Assembly: GCA_016699955.1 (NCBI GenBank)
Contig: CP064993.1
Coordinates: 120,001-152,000, forward strand
DNA length: 32,000 nt
Reading direction: 5' to 3'
Origin: Candidatus Saccharimonadota bacterium
GTDB lineage: Bacteria > Patescibacteriota > Saccharimonadia > Saccharimonadales > UBA4665
Of this stretch, positions 8,431 to 17,840 are shown one piece after another. How positions within the stretch are numbered: position 1 is the first letter of the stretch; the number at the start of each line of letters is the position of its first letter. The notes below the pieces were generated by a model. It did no database searches and was not told the origin of the DNA. It saw only the letters and a program-made list of their open reading frames with translations. Both the position numbers and the translations under genes were made by a program.

Positions 8431-9660
8431 CTAGAACGTACCCACGCCAATCAGGCTAAAATTCTGACTATATATACCGGCTGGAGTAATCGGAGAAGCA
8501 ACTGCCGCAAACGTAATGGTGTTGTTTACGCTGTCAGCCTGCTTCGGATTTCCACCACTGGTTTCAGCTATTTTACTACCGTAGGTGCTGATGACGTTGT
8601 CATTGGCTGTGGCAGTGTCCATGATGTATGTGCTGCCTGCGCCAGACCAACGAGCGACTGCGGTGTTTGCGCCGGTACCGCCAGTTGCGGCCGTGCCGTT
8701 GCTTACGAAGGCACCGAATTCAGCTGTATTGTTTGTGAAAGCAATGGATGTTGCAGCACCAGAGTTAATGGGAGGTATTTCACAGTTAGTACCACCGTCT
8801 CGGCTGAGGCCACCATTACCACCTGCACAGCTTGTGTTCGCGGCACGTAGGTACAGGGCATAGCCTTGTGAGGCGTTTGTGGAAAGCTGCGTGTAGATAT
8901 TTGCTGAGGATGGGGTAGCTCCGGTGTAGCCCAGGACGTAGTCCGGTGAAGGACCAAGTGTAATAGCAGGGGCTGTTGCTGAGCCGCATGAGCCAGCAGC
9001 TGTCAAGTTATTGGCGTTTGTAACGGCCACACCACCTGAGGTACAGAGTGACAGTTGCTCCATGACGCGGGCGGTAACGGTGATAGTGTTAACCGTGCTC
9101 ATGGCGACACCGCCGTAATCTACGTAGTTACCAGTGCTGGCTGCGCTAGCGTAAGTGCCGTAAGTAGCGTTTGCATAGGTAGTAATACGACCGTAGAAAG
9201 ATCCGAGCGTGCTTGGGTTTGTAATGCCCGTAACTTCAAAGGTGAAAGCACCGGCAGATTGCGAGCTAGTGTTTGTAAACTCCAAATGACCAGCCGTAAG
9301 TGTACCGAGCGACCAGGTACCGTTTGCCGTTAGGCTGGCGGTAGAAACGTCTAGGGCTGTTGGGGCCGTACAGTTGTCGTTAATGAGCGGCGATGCGCTA
9401 CAGAAATCGACAACAAAACTTTGCACGGCGGCTGCTGTTGTGAACTTAATTTTATAGGCAACGCTCGTACCGCTACCGACACCACTAGGGATGTTGGCGT
9501 TGCCGCTGGGACCGGAATCGCTCAGCTGGATTGAGCGGTAGGTCATTTGCGCTGCAGACGCAACTGAGGTCAGCAGCACGGGCATTGCTGCACCAACTAC
9601 TAACGCCAGCGCCGAAAGTGCGGCCGCTGGGCGCCGAAGTGCATTATAGTTGATATTCAT
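8431..9660 (-). CDS. Secreted Ala/Thr/Ser/Gly/Asn-rich surface protein, tandem copy 2 (409 aa)
   Basis: ATG with GGAGA Shine-Dalgarno. Signal peptide ...ALALVVGAAMPVLLTSVASA. The mature part is nearly identical to copy 1. C-terminus ITPAGIYSQNFSLIGVGTF-stop. Has its own terminator. Confidence 0.85.
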   Translation of the reverse strand: MNINYNALRRPAAALSALALVVGAAMPVLLTSVASAAQMTYRSIQLSDSGPSGNANIPSGVGSGTSVAYKIKFTTAAAVQSFVVDFCSASPLINDNCTAPTALDVSTASLTANGTWSLGTLTAGHLEFTNTSSQSAGAFTFEVTGITNPSTLGSFYGRITTYANATYGTYASAASTGNYVDYGGVAMSTVNTITVTARVMEQLSLCTSGGVAVTNANNLTAAGSCGSATAPAITLGPSPDYVLGYTGATPSSANIYTQLSTNASQGYALYLRAANTSCAGGNGGLSRDGGTNCEIPPINSGAATSIAFTNNTAEFGAFVSNGTAATGGTGANTAVARWSGAGSTYIMDTATANDNVISTYGSKIAETSGGNPKQADSVNNTITFAAVASPITPAGIYSQNFSLIGVGTF

Positions 9661-9708
9661 GTCTATTTCTCCTTCTGTTGTAAAGAGTTAGTTAATATTT
9701 ACATCACT

Positions 9709-9737
9709 AATGTATCATCCTGGTTTGTTGTATGCAA
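9709..9737 (-). promoter_or_regulatory. Candidate sigma70-type promoter for the 8431..9660 gene
   Basis: Minus strand: TTGCAT (9737-9732), 17-nt spacer, TACATT (9714-9709), about 50 nt upstream of the ATG at 9660. Confidence 0.3.
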
Positions 9738-10002
9738 TAGTACTTACAGATAAAATGATAGTATTGTTGTAAGAAATAATACTAATCGTTGTCATAAATA
9801 ATATTCCCGCCACTCTACACCAGTCATTTGATGATAATCGTGTACTGCTTATCGCTAATGCCTGAGTGTCAAAATTACTCCTGAAGGCTTCGCTCTCCCT
9901 CGCCAAGCGCCTGAAGACGCTAACAGCCGTACCTACACACCGAGCTGGAGTCACTTAATCATAAGTGCTCCTTTGATTGCGGCCATGGCTAGGGGCGGTT
10001 TG

Positions 10003-10770
10003 TTAAAACGTCGATGTCGCAACAAGCGATTGGTTTGTGGTATATGTGCCACCAGGTGTGATTTCAGTAACGTTCATAATGTATGAGATTGTATAGTCAG
10101 TGTACCCCGAGCTGCTAAGGGACTCGGCAATAACATCACCATCGACATATTTGAAGTTATCGGCTGTACCGTAAGTGGCTGCGTACGTTCCGAACGAAAA
10201 TGTACCGTCCGGTTGCTGCACAGGATCGGCTCCAACATTTGGTGTTGCATTGTTGCGCAGATTTAAACCAAACTGCTCAGTCCCAGTCGCAATTGTGCTT
10301 GCAACACTAAGGGGGGTGATTTCATGGCCAGCATTTGTAGGAGCCGACCCATGAATTTGTACTACATAGCCGTGAGCAAGGTACGATTTAACAGTGAAGG
10401 TAGCGTAGTCATACCCTGTCGTCGAGGGGCTAATATCTCCCAGGTTAACGCCTGCTTTTGTGAGGTCTATTTCGAGCCAAGGAGTGCGGTCTGTGTTAAA
10501 CCCTGCCTGTGCTTGGTAGGCGGTTCCTTTGGTGTTACCGACTGTCAGTTCACCGGCTGACTGTTTTGCACAATACTGATTCCCTGAGCAAGCATTTAGC
10601 TCTCCACCCGTTCCAAAGAATGTTTCACTTACCCCGTACTGGTTGCCGCTACAGGCCTGTTGATCCGGGTTGGTGGCGCACTGTGCGAACGCTACACTAG
10701 CCTGAAACAAAACGCCAAAAAACAGAGCAGTGAGGGACAACCAAGCAAGCATGTGTTTTTTGCGTTTCAT
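10003..10770 (-). CDS. Secreted surface protein (255 aa), smallest member of the paralogue family (C-terminal module only)
   Basis: The track ORF runs to 10911, but that N-terminus overlaps the divergent gene start. The ATG at 10770 gives the ideal signal peptide MKRKKHMLAWLSLTALFFGVLFQASVAFAQ. Duplicated CSGNQY motif. C-terminal EQFGLNLRNNATPNVG ... YTISYIMNVTEITPGGTYTTNQSLVATSTF-stop. Confidence 0.75.
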   Translation of the reverse strand: MKRKKHMLAWLSLTALFFGVLFQASVAFAQCATNPDQQACSGNQYGVSETFFGTGGELNACSGNQYCAKQSAGELTVGNTKGTAYQAQAGFNTDRTPWLEIDLTKAGVNLGDISPSTTGYDYATFTVKSYLAHGYVVQIHGSAPTNAGHEITPLSVASTIATGTEQFGLNLRNNATPNVGADPVQQPDGTFSFGTYAATYGTADNFKYVDGDVIAESLSSSGYTDYTISYIMNVTEITPGGTYTTNQSLVATSTF

Positions 10771-10887
10771 AATACTCGTGTTTATTTTCTCCCATTTTGC
10801 AGTTTGACGCAAATACTGCAACATTATTATTCCTTTTACTGAGCTAGTGAGGTATGATAACAGTAAGCATAAGCACGAGAGAAATAT

Positions 10888-11907
10888 ATGGCAGAAGACA
10901 ATGAAAAGCAAAATGACGAGAATTTGGCCGCTCCAGGTTCCAGCAGCCTTGAGTCAGCTGATGACACAAGCCCACTAGAGTCAACGGTCGATGACAACAG
11001 TCTCGAAAACGACGCCTCCAGCACGGGGAAAATAGATGACACCCCTGTCTCTGACGAAAAAAAAGGGCCAATGCTTCAGCGCTTCGGCAAAAAAATCAAT
11101 ATCTATTTTCTGCTATTTTTACTGCTGCTCTGTATCGCTGGCGGCATCATTTTAGTCACCTACCTTGCGAGCAAAAAACAAGAGAAGAGTACTGTACAAA
11201 CTCAGTCTCTTAGCCAAGATACCCTGAAGCAACTTGCTACGAGCGACGTAACGGTCGGACAACCAAAACAGGTGTTGAGTGTGCAAAGTAACGCAGTTTT
11301 TGCCGGTAAAGTACTTATACGCGATAGCTTGGAGGTGGCTGGCCCTATTCAGGTCGGCGGTAGCCTCAGCGTACCAGGGATTACTGTGTCTGGGAACAGT
11401 ATTTTTGAGCAAATACAAGTCAATAAGAACCTTACTGTTCAAGGCGACATTTCTGTTCAAGGACAGCTTACGGTGCAGAAAGGTTTGAGCGTCGCTGGTG
11501 GCGGTACGTTTAGCGGCTCGCTCACAGCTCCGGCAATAACGGTAAATGCACTGCAGCTCAACGGCAACTTAACGCTTACACGGCACATCATCATTGGCGG
11601 ATCAACACCCGACCGAGATAACGGAACAGCCTTAGGCGCTGGTGGCACGGTTGCGCTTAGCGGTTCAGATACGGCTGGCAGTATAAACATAAACACTGGC
11701 TCAGGGCCGGTAGCTGGTTGTTTCGCAACGCTTAACTTCACCCAAAAGTACAATTCAACGCCAAATGTCATCGCCACACCGGTAGGATCTAACGCTGGTT
11801 TGGTCGGTTATTACGTCAATCGCTCAACATCGAGTTTTAGCGTCTGTGCCGCAAACACCCCCCCTGCAAATGCCAGCTTTGGCTTTGATTATTTCATTGT
11901 AGAATAA
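10888..11907 (+). CDS. Type-II membrane-anchored protein: acidic disordered N-terminus, one TM helix, extracellular beta-helix-like repeats and a compact C-terminal domain
   Basis: TM helix INIYFLLFLLLLCIAGGIILVTYLA. Repeats such as LEVAGPIQVGGSLSVPGITVSGNSIFEQIQVNKNLTVQGDISVQGQLTVQKGLSVAGGGTFSGSLTAPAITV. The C-terminal FATLNFTQKYNSTPNVIATPVG...SSFSVCAAN...FGFDYFIVE resembles an H-type-lectin-like pattern (weak, from memory). Confidence 0.7.
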   Translation: MAEDNEKQNDENLAAPGSSSLESADDTSPLESTVDDNSLENDASSTGKIDDTPVSDEKKGPMLQRFGKKINIYFLLFLLLLCIAGGIILVTYLASKKQEKSTVQTQSLSQDTLKQLATSDVTVGQPKQVLSVQSNAVFAGKVLIRDSLEVAGPIQVGGSLSVPGITVSGNSIFEQIQVNKNLTVQGDISVQGQLTVQKGLSVAGGGTFSGSLTAPAITVNALQLNGNLTLTRHIIIGGSTPDRDNGTALGAGGTVALSGSDTAGSININTGSGPVAGCFATLNFTQKYNSTPNVIATPVGSNAGLVGYYVNRSTSSFSVCAANTPPANASFGFDYFIVE

Positions 11908-11951
11908 CCCGAACTAGGCGTAAGCTCTGAGTTCTAAAGCCCGGCTCTAGG

Positions 11952-12635
11952 CTACCGAAATGTCATGCTAGTAAGAATATCGTAAAACGTATTGTAATCG
12001 GGGTTAATGTTGTTGTCTGTGTATGTAAAGAACAGTTTATACGTCTTGCCGCTGGCGGTAGTAACAAGAATAGTGTTCAGGCCATCGCTAGATATTGCTC
12101 CTACCACCGCACGGCTGTGATTCGCCATGTCACACAAGAAATCAACCTGCTGCCACTTGGCAGGGCTAATCCCCGTTTGGAGGTTTTTCTTATTGCTGTC
12201 AGTGAAAGTCACACAGTTATCAGAAACAGCATCATGAGTCAGCGCACCATCTTCGCTTCGCACCACAACTACTTTATTGACGGCACGTCCTTGGGGTGGA
12301 TTGTTCAGATATATCTCTAAAATTTGTGCATTTTTTACATTCTTATAGACATACCGAGGGCTGATGTCTGACTGTGGAACTGGTGTTTCTTTCCAGCCAG
12401 AAGTCGCTTCAAACTGGAGCTCGGGTTTACTAAAAGTTACTTTTTCTTCTGTGCTAGCTTTAAATGCATTGCTGAGGGATGAGGGATTTCTGACATCTTG
12501 CTTTGGTGCAATCCGTAGCTGGAACAACCCATACACTATGCCAATAGAGAGCACAGCCAAAGAAATCCATATCACTCTTCGTTTTAATTTTGTGTGTTTG
12601 TGTGTGCGTTTGTTGTACTGATACATAGCAGTCAC
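11952..12635 (-). CDS. Hypothetical N-terminally anchored extracytoplasmic protein
   Basis: 227-aa ORF. Basic N-terminus followed by the TM helix VIWISLAVLSIGIVYGLFQL. No recognisable motif. Confidence 0.6.
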   Translation of the reverse strand: MTAMYQYNKRTHKHTKLKRRVIWISLAVLSIGIVYGLFQLRIAPKQDVRNPSSLSNAFKASTEEKVTFSKPELQFEATSGWKETPVPQSDISPRYVYKNVKNAQILEIYLNNPPQGRAVNKVVVVRSEDGALTHDAVSDNCVTFTDSNKKNLQTGISPAKWQQVDFLCDMANHSRAVVGAISSDGLNTILVTTASGKTYKLFFTYTDNNINPDYNTFYDILTSMTFR

Positions 12636-12677
12636 TCTCTTTGAATACTATACCATAACCGTCATAAGACCGCGTGC

Positions 12678-13001
12678 TTAGACATCCAAAAACACGACAA
12701 CGCTGTCAGACTTTACGTGCATAATGCCGTTTTGGATGCGGATTTTTTCTTCGTCTTTGTCGGTGCGCACCACAATGTCGCACGGAACAAGCAAGGTAAT
12801 AAAGCTGTGATGATGTGGCAGAATGTCAAAAGGACCGGTCTGGTTCTGGGCACTGATGCTTATGGCTTGACCCTCAAAATACACCTTGTAGGGAGCATAC
12901 ACCTTGACAAACATGTGGCCATAAGTTGCTTGAGTTGTTACGCCTTGAGCGCTACTGTGCTCAGCTGCTTCGCCCTGCCCATCACCTTGATTGGTTGCCA
13001 T
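12678..13001 (-). CDS. atpC: F1 ATP synthase epsilon subunit, beta-sandwich domain only
   Basis: Last gene of the atp operon, starting 1 nt after the atpD stop. VKVYAPYKVYFEGQAISISAQNQTGPFDILPHHHSFITLLVPCDIVV...NGIMHVKSDSVVVFLDV matches the epsilon N-terminal domain pattern. The protein ends there, at 107 aa. Confidence 0.8.
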   Translation of the reverse strand: MATNQGDGQGEAAEHSSAQGVTTQATYGHMFVKVYAPYKVYFEGQAISISAQNQTGPFDILPHHHSFITLLVPCDIVVRTDKDEEKIRIQNGIMHVKSDSVVVFLDV

Positions 13002-13002
13002 G

Positions 13003-14310
<1,308 letters not shown>

Positions 14311-14455
14311 CTACCTCCTTCAGAGCAAGCATTCTTCAGCCCACCATTCATAATTTTCAAAATGTTGTCGTTGTTTAGGGGGCAAATAACGGCAACGTGT
14401 AAAAATTGGGGCTTGATATTTCTCTGTAAACTGAACGTTGAAACGTAAAAATGGT

Positions 14456-15325
14456 TCATGCTGCTGCTCCGGCTTTGCTTTTTTTCATACCGTTTATGAT
14501 TTCCTTGAGACGCTCGTCTTTGACACCACGGCGAGCGCGGTTATATGCAAGGTGTAAATCGGATTTTTCTTCATCGGCGCGCTGATGACTGGCACTCATT
14601 GCTCGGAAACGCGAGGCATACTGCGCGAGCTTTGACTGGAGTATTAGTTGGCCGAGTGCAATTTTCATCATAGAGCGTTCTAGATGCGCTGCAACCGCAA
14701 AACTTGTCGGTTCAAAAATATAGTTTGCTTCACTAATGACTTCGTCGGGTTTGTCGCTCACCAAGCCAGCGGTACGCACCGCCATAGACAGCGATATACG
14801 CTTTACTTCTTGGTTCATAAGCGATATATACTGCTGGTAAAAGACGCTGCACTTTTTGTATTCCTGAACTTCACGGATGATAGGTGCGACGTTAATATTT
14901 TTGTCTTTACTCGGCAGCTTGTAGTACTTGCGAAACGACACGCCACGTTGACTTAGCTGCATAGCGCCGTGGTGGCCAATCACAATGATGTCGTTTTTTT
15001 CCTTGTCATAGGCCTCAAGCATAGCATGAACGAGTTTCTGGTCGATATCGCCACTAAACCCGCCCTCTGCGGTAATAATGATGTAGAGCTCCTTGTCCAG
15101 AATGACTTTGTTTTTATCTGACTCTTCGCGCCCAAAACTAAACAGGCTATCGACTCGCAGCTGCGTGTAGATTTTCCAAAGTTCATCAAAAAATTTGGTC
15201 GACTCGAGCACTTGATTTTTCGTTTGAGCTATCCGCATGCTCGCTATACCTTCGAAGACACTCGTCAACTCAACCAATGTAGACATGCTTGCTTCATCTT
15301 TGGCTATTTCGTTTGGGTGTCTCAT
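14456..15325 (-). CDS. atpG: F1 ATP synthase gamma subunit
   Basis: Positioned between alpha and beta. N-terminal [13 protein letters not shown] and C-terminal [22 protein letters not shown] coiled-coil helices are typical of gamma. Its ATG overlaps the atpA stop by 4 nt. Confidence 0.85.
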   Translation of the reverse strand: MRHPNEIAKDEASMSTLVELTSVFEGIASMRIAQTKNQVLESTKFFDELWKIYTQLRVDSLFSFGREESDKNKVILDKELYIIITAEGGFSGDIDQKLVHAMLEAYDKEKNDIIVIGHHGAMQLSQRGVSFRKYYKLPSKDKNINVAPIIREVQEYKKCSVFYQQYISLMNQEVKRISLSMAVRTAGLVSDKPDEVISEANYIFEPTSFAVAAHLERSMMKIALGQLILQSKLAQYASRFRAMSASHQRADEEKSDLHLAYNRARRGVKDERLKEIINGMKKSKAGAAA

Positions 15326-17298
15326 GGCTTTTTCTCCGGCTTGACAGCGTCCATCACTTTGCCCGTTGCCGTCTTCGCTTTTTGCTTTTCTAACTCTACC
15401 GACATCATTTCATCCACTTTTTGCTCTTCAGTATCTGGCTGAACGTTTTTTTCGGCCGGCTTATCATCACTACGAGCGGATTTGTTTTCCTTTGAGAAAA
15501 GCGAGTGCACAAAATCGGACTTTTTTTCCTCGTGAGCGGGCACGGCTGGGACTGAAACGGCTGGCTCGGGCACATCGTCTTGCTTTATTTCTGGTTGTTC
15601 ATTGGTAGATTCATCCGCTGTTTCTTCGGCAGGGGGTTCTTTTACCGGTTCGTCTGAATTATTGTCGCTCGTATTCTGTTCGTCAGGTGGTTCATCCACC
15701 GGTTCTGCTGCCGGCATTTGCGGCGTGGCGGGCTTCTCAGCCGGTGCTTCTTTAAGGGGGCTTTCAGCCGAAGTTTCTTCTGGTTTTTCTACTGGTTTAT
15801 TTTCGGCGATTTCAGATACTTTTTTCTCGTCAGAAGGTTCGCTGCCGCCCTTTTTTTCTTTCGTTTCGGCTTTTGGTGCAAATTTAACGCACTCTTTCAT
15901 TAGCATGTCGTGAACTTTTTGATAATCCTCGTCTTTTTCCACCTTCTTGGCGAAGTCATTCCCATTTAGTTTCAGCGAGTTAATGTCGAGAATCGCACCC
16001 TCTTCTAGGTTGAGTACAATGTCGAGCATCAGCTGCTGTGCCATCAGCGAAAAAGTATCTCCCGGTGCCTGCGTCAGCAGCTCAAACACTCGCTTACCCG
16101 CTGCGAGAGCTTTTTTGGCTTCGAGTCCAAGCTCAGAGCCAAAGTGCGAAAATTCTTCTGCCTGACGGTAGGTTGCAAGCATTTTGAGGGTTTGGGCGGC
16201 CAGTTCCTTCTGGCGTTTATTGTGTCCGACTCCACCGGCGCGGGTGACACTGAGACCAATATTGAGGGCCGGACGAATACCGTTTCGGAATGTGTCCATG
16301 TCAAGAATCCACTGGCCATCCGTAATCGACATGATGTTCGTCGGTAAATACGCGGTAATGTCGCCGTTGGCAGCATGCACTACCGGTATGGACGTTAGGC
16401 ATCGCCCGGTGCTATCAAGCCGTCCCGCGCGCTCTAGCAAGCTTGAGTGAGCATAAAACATATCGCCAGGGTAACTGTCTCGGCCTGGACTAACGCCAGA
16501 AAGCAACGCCACTTCTCGGTAGGCATGGGCGTGACTGGTTAAATCATCGTAGACAATGATGACATCTTGGTCACACTTTTGCCATAAGTATTCTGCCATG
16601 GCGCAAGCAACATAGGGCGCAATATAGCTCATTATGAGCGACTCAAACATTGTGCTCACTACGACTATAGCTTTTTCCATTCCTCCGTTTTCCTGGAGCC
16701 GGGTCAGAAGGGTGTCCACATCACTGCGACGCTTAGCAATTAAACAGTACACCACAATTTGGTCAGTGTTTTTCTGGTTTATAGCGAGCTGCGTCACCAC
16801 GGTGCTCTTGCCCGATTTGCTATCACCCAGTAGCGCCATGCGCTGACCGCGCACCATCGGAAACAGTGAGTCAATAGCCGTTACACCGCTTTCCAGCTGA
16901 TCTTCGACCAGCTTACGAGCGTACAGTGGCGGTGCTGTATTAAACACTGGCCAAACTGCATCAGCCGGAATCGGCCCCTTACCGTCCAAGGCATCACCCG
17001 TAACTGATACAACCCGTCCAACAAAATCTTTCCCAACCTTGCTAACGAGCTCCTGGTGCTGCAAGACTGCCACAATACCAACACTAAGTGGCTCTGCACC
17101 AAGATGCAGAACCAGTACATAGTCCTGTTGCACTTGGTTAATAAAGCCCTTACTACCATCTTCGAACATTACAAGCGCATGAATAGTACAGGGCTGCAAT
17201 CCACTCACCTGCACGAGGAACCGATCGACGGCAATTACCTCGCCAACTGGCTTGCCCGCCTCCACTAACTTTTCAAAATGCTGGTTACTAAAACTCAT
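15322..17298 (-). CDS. atpA: F1 ATP synthase alpha subunit with a long disordered C-terminal extension
   Basis: Walker [10 protein letters not shown], then [44 protein letters not shown] and ITDGQWILD. The core of about 473 aa is followed by about 185 aa rich in E/K/P/D/A/S (15325-15879). One uninterrupted ORF of 658 aa. Confidence 0.9.
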   Translation of the reverse strand: MSFSNQHFEKLVEAGKPVGEVIAVDRFLVQVSGLQPCTIHALVMFEDGSKGFINQVQQDYVLVLHLGAEPLSVGIVAVLQHQELVSKVGKDFVGRVVSVTGDALDGKGPIPADAVWPVFNTAPPLYARKLVEDQLESGVTAIDSLFPMVRGQRMALLGDSKSGKSTVVTQLAINQKNTDQIVVYCLIAKRRSDVDTLLTRLQENGGMEKAIVVVSTMFESLIMSYIAPYVACAMAEYLWQKCDQDVIIVYDDLTSHAHAYREVALLSGVSPGRDSYPGDMFYAHSSLLERAGRLDSTGRCLTSIPVVHAANGDITAYLPTNIMSITDGQWILDMDTFRNGIRPALNIGLSVTRAGGVGHNKRQKELAAQTLKMLATYRQAEEFSHFGSELGLEAKKALAAGKRVFELLTQAPGDTFSLMAQQLMLDIVLNLEEGAILDINSLKLNGNDFAKKVEKDEDYQKVHDMLMKECVKFAPKAETKEKKGGSEPSDEKKVSEIAENKPVEKPEETSAESPLKEAPAEKPATPQMPAAEPVDEPPDEQNTSDNNSDEPVKEPPAEETADESTNEQPEIKQDDVPEPAVSVPAVPAHEEKKSDFVHSLFSKENKSARSDDKPAEKNVQPDTEEQKVDEMMSVELEKQKAKTATGKVMDAVKPEKKP

Positions 17299-17840
17299 GC
17301 CGCTACCTCCACAGGAGCCTTTTGCGGTACGGGGGAGGCTACTTCTTGAACGTTTGTTTCGCGCAGCCGTTTCATGAGCAGTTCGCGGCTACCGGCAAAT
17401 GATTTACTGAGTGACATGTCAAAATAGCGATTTGTTGTTCTTAAGACACATCCCGCCCCAATCCCTGGCTGCAACCCAACCGCAATCAGCACGTGGGGAT
17501 GTATGTGCGTTCGCAGCCAAGAAATTAGTTTTGCCAGAAAAACCGGAGATGGGTCGGCACTGAAGCTCATGTGAATTTTGGGAGCATCTTTGCGCAGCAG
17601 CTTTAAAAATTCGAGCAAACTGCTCCGAGCATGAGCGTCTCGCAAATCGAGCTTATTCGTTTCCGCAAGCTGATCCAGTAATGCGCTCAGTTTTGGTAGC
17701 TGAACGCTGGTGCCGGTGCGTATTGTTTCACTCATAAGTGAACTTTCAAGACGTTCGAGCTCACGAATCAGTCTTCCTAGGTCTACCATGCCCACAACTC
17801 CTATCGGTAGTACCGGTGCGGCCTGACTGTCAGGCACCAT
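17295..17840 (-). CDS. atpH: Putative ATP synthase delta (OSCP) subunit
   Basis: Positioned between b and alpha, with 4-nt and 11-nt overlaps. 181 aa. The C-terminal [29 protein letters not shown] resembles the OSCP C-terminal motif. The N-terminal half is divergent. Confidence 0.6.
   Translation of the reverse strand: MVPDSQAAPVLPIGVVGMVDLGRLIRELERLESSLMSETIRTGTSVQLPKLSALLDQLAETNKLDLRDAHARSSLLEFLKLLRKDAPKIHMSFSADPSPVFLAKLISWLRTHIHPHVLIAVGLQPGIGAGCVLRTTNRYFDMSLSKSFAGSRELLMKRLRETNVQEVASPVPQKAPVEVAA

Larger units (their letters stand above)
7062..9660 (-). repeat. Tandem gene duplication, period 1369 bp; near-identical core 7182-8176 versus 8551-9545
   Basis: Base-by-base comparison. 7182-7580 equals 8551-8949 exactly (about 400 bp). 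The rest of the core has roughly 20 mismatches by eye. The flanks encoding the signal peptide and the last ~40 codons are much more diverged. Confidence 0.95.

Noticed and set aside
7216-9333. Plus-strand and alternative-frame ORFs inside the tandem paralogues (7216..7494, 7334..7588, 7686..7964 and their twins 8585..8863, 8703..8957, 9055..9333)
   Set aside because: They appear twice only because the underlying DNA is duplicated. They overlap well-supported minus-strand genes that have signal peptides and Shine-Dalgarno sites, and they have no start context of their own.
7062-9660. Possible CRISPR-like or satellite array, because of the large repeat
   Set aside because: There are only two 1.37-kb units, and each is a complete protein-coding gene. 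There is no short repeat/spacer periodicity.
9715-9954. 79-aa minus-strand ORF in the 342-nt intergenic region upstream of tandem copy 2
   Set aside because: It overlaps the candidate promoter, has no Shine-Dalgarno and an odd composition. It is more likely non-coding regulatory DNA.
5981-10770. Direct assignment of the four paralogues as WxL-domain proteins
   Set aside because: No Trp-x-Leu motifs are present; the mature C-terminal modules contain almost no Trp. Only the locus architecture and F-x-L positions are reminiscent, so the link is reported as an analogy to test, not as an annotation.
10771-10911. Long N-terminal extension of the 302-aa track ORF. The same issue affects 30793..30963 and, less clearly, 27675..27719 and 5820..5849.
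   Set aside because: The track uses the most upstream possible start (some are GTG/TTG). The extensions overlap a divergent gene start, or a tRNA and hairpin. They place nonsensical sequence in front of ideal signal peptides or conserved N-termini.
15366-16165. Several plus-strand ORFs (for example 15602..15913, a 103-aa Ser/Gly-rich ORF) opposite the atpA tail
   Set aside because: They are antisense shadows of a low-complexity GAA/AAG/CCN-rich coding region. They have no independent support.
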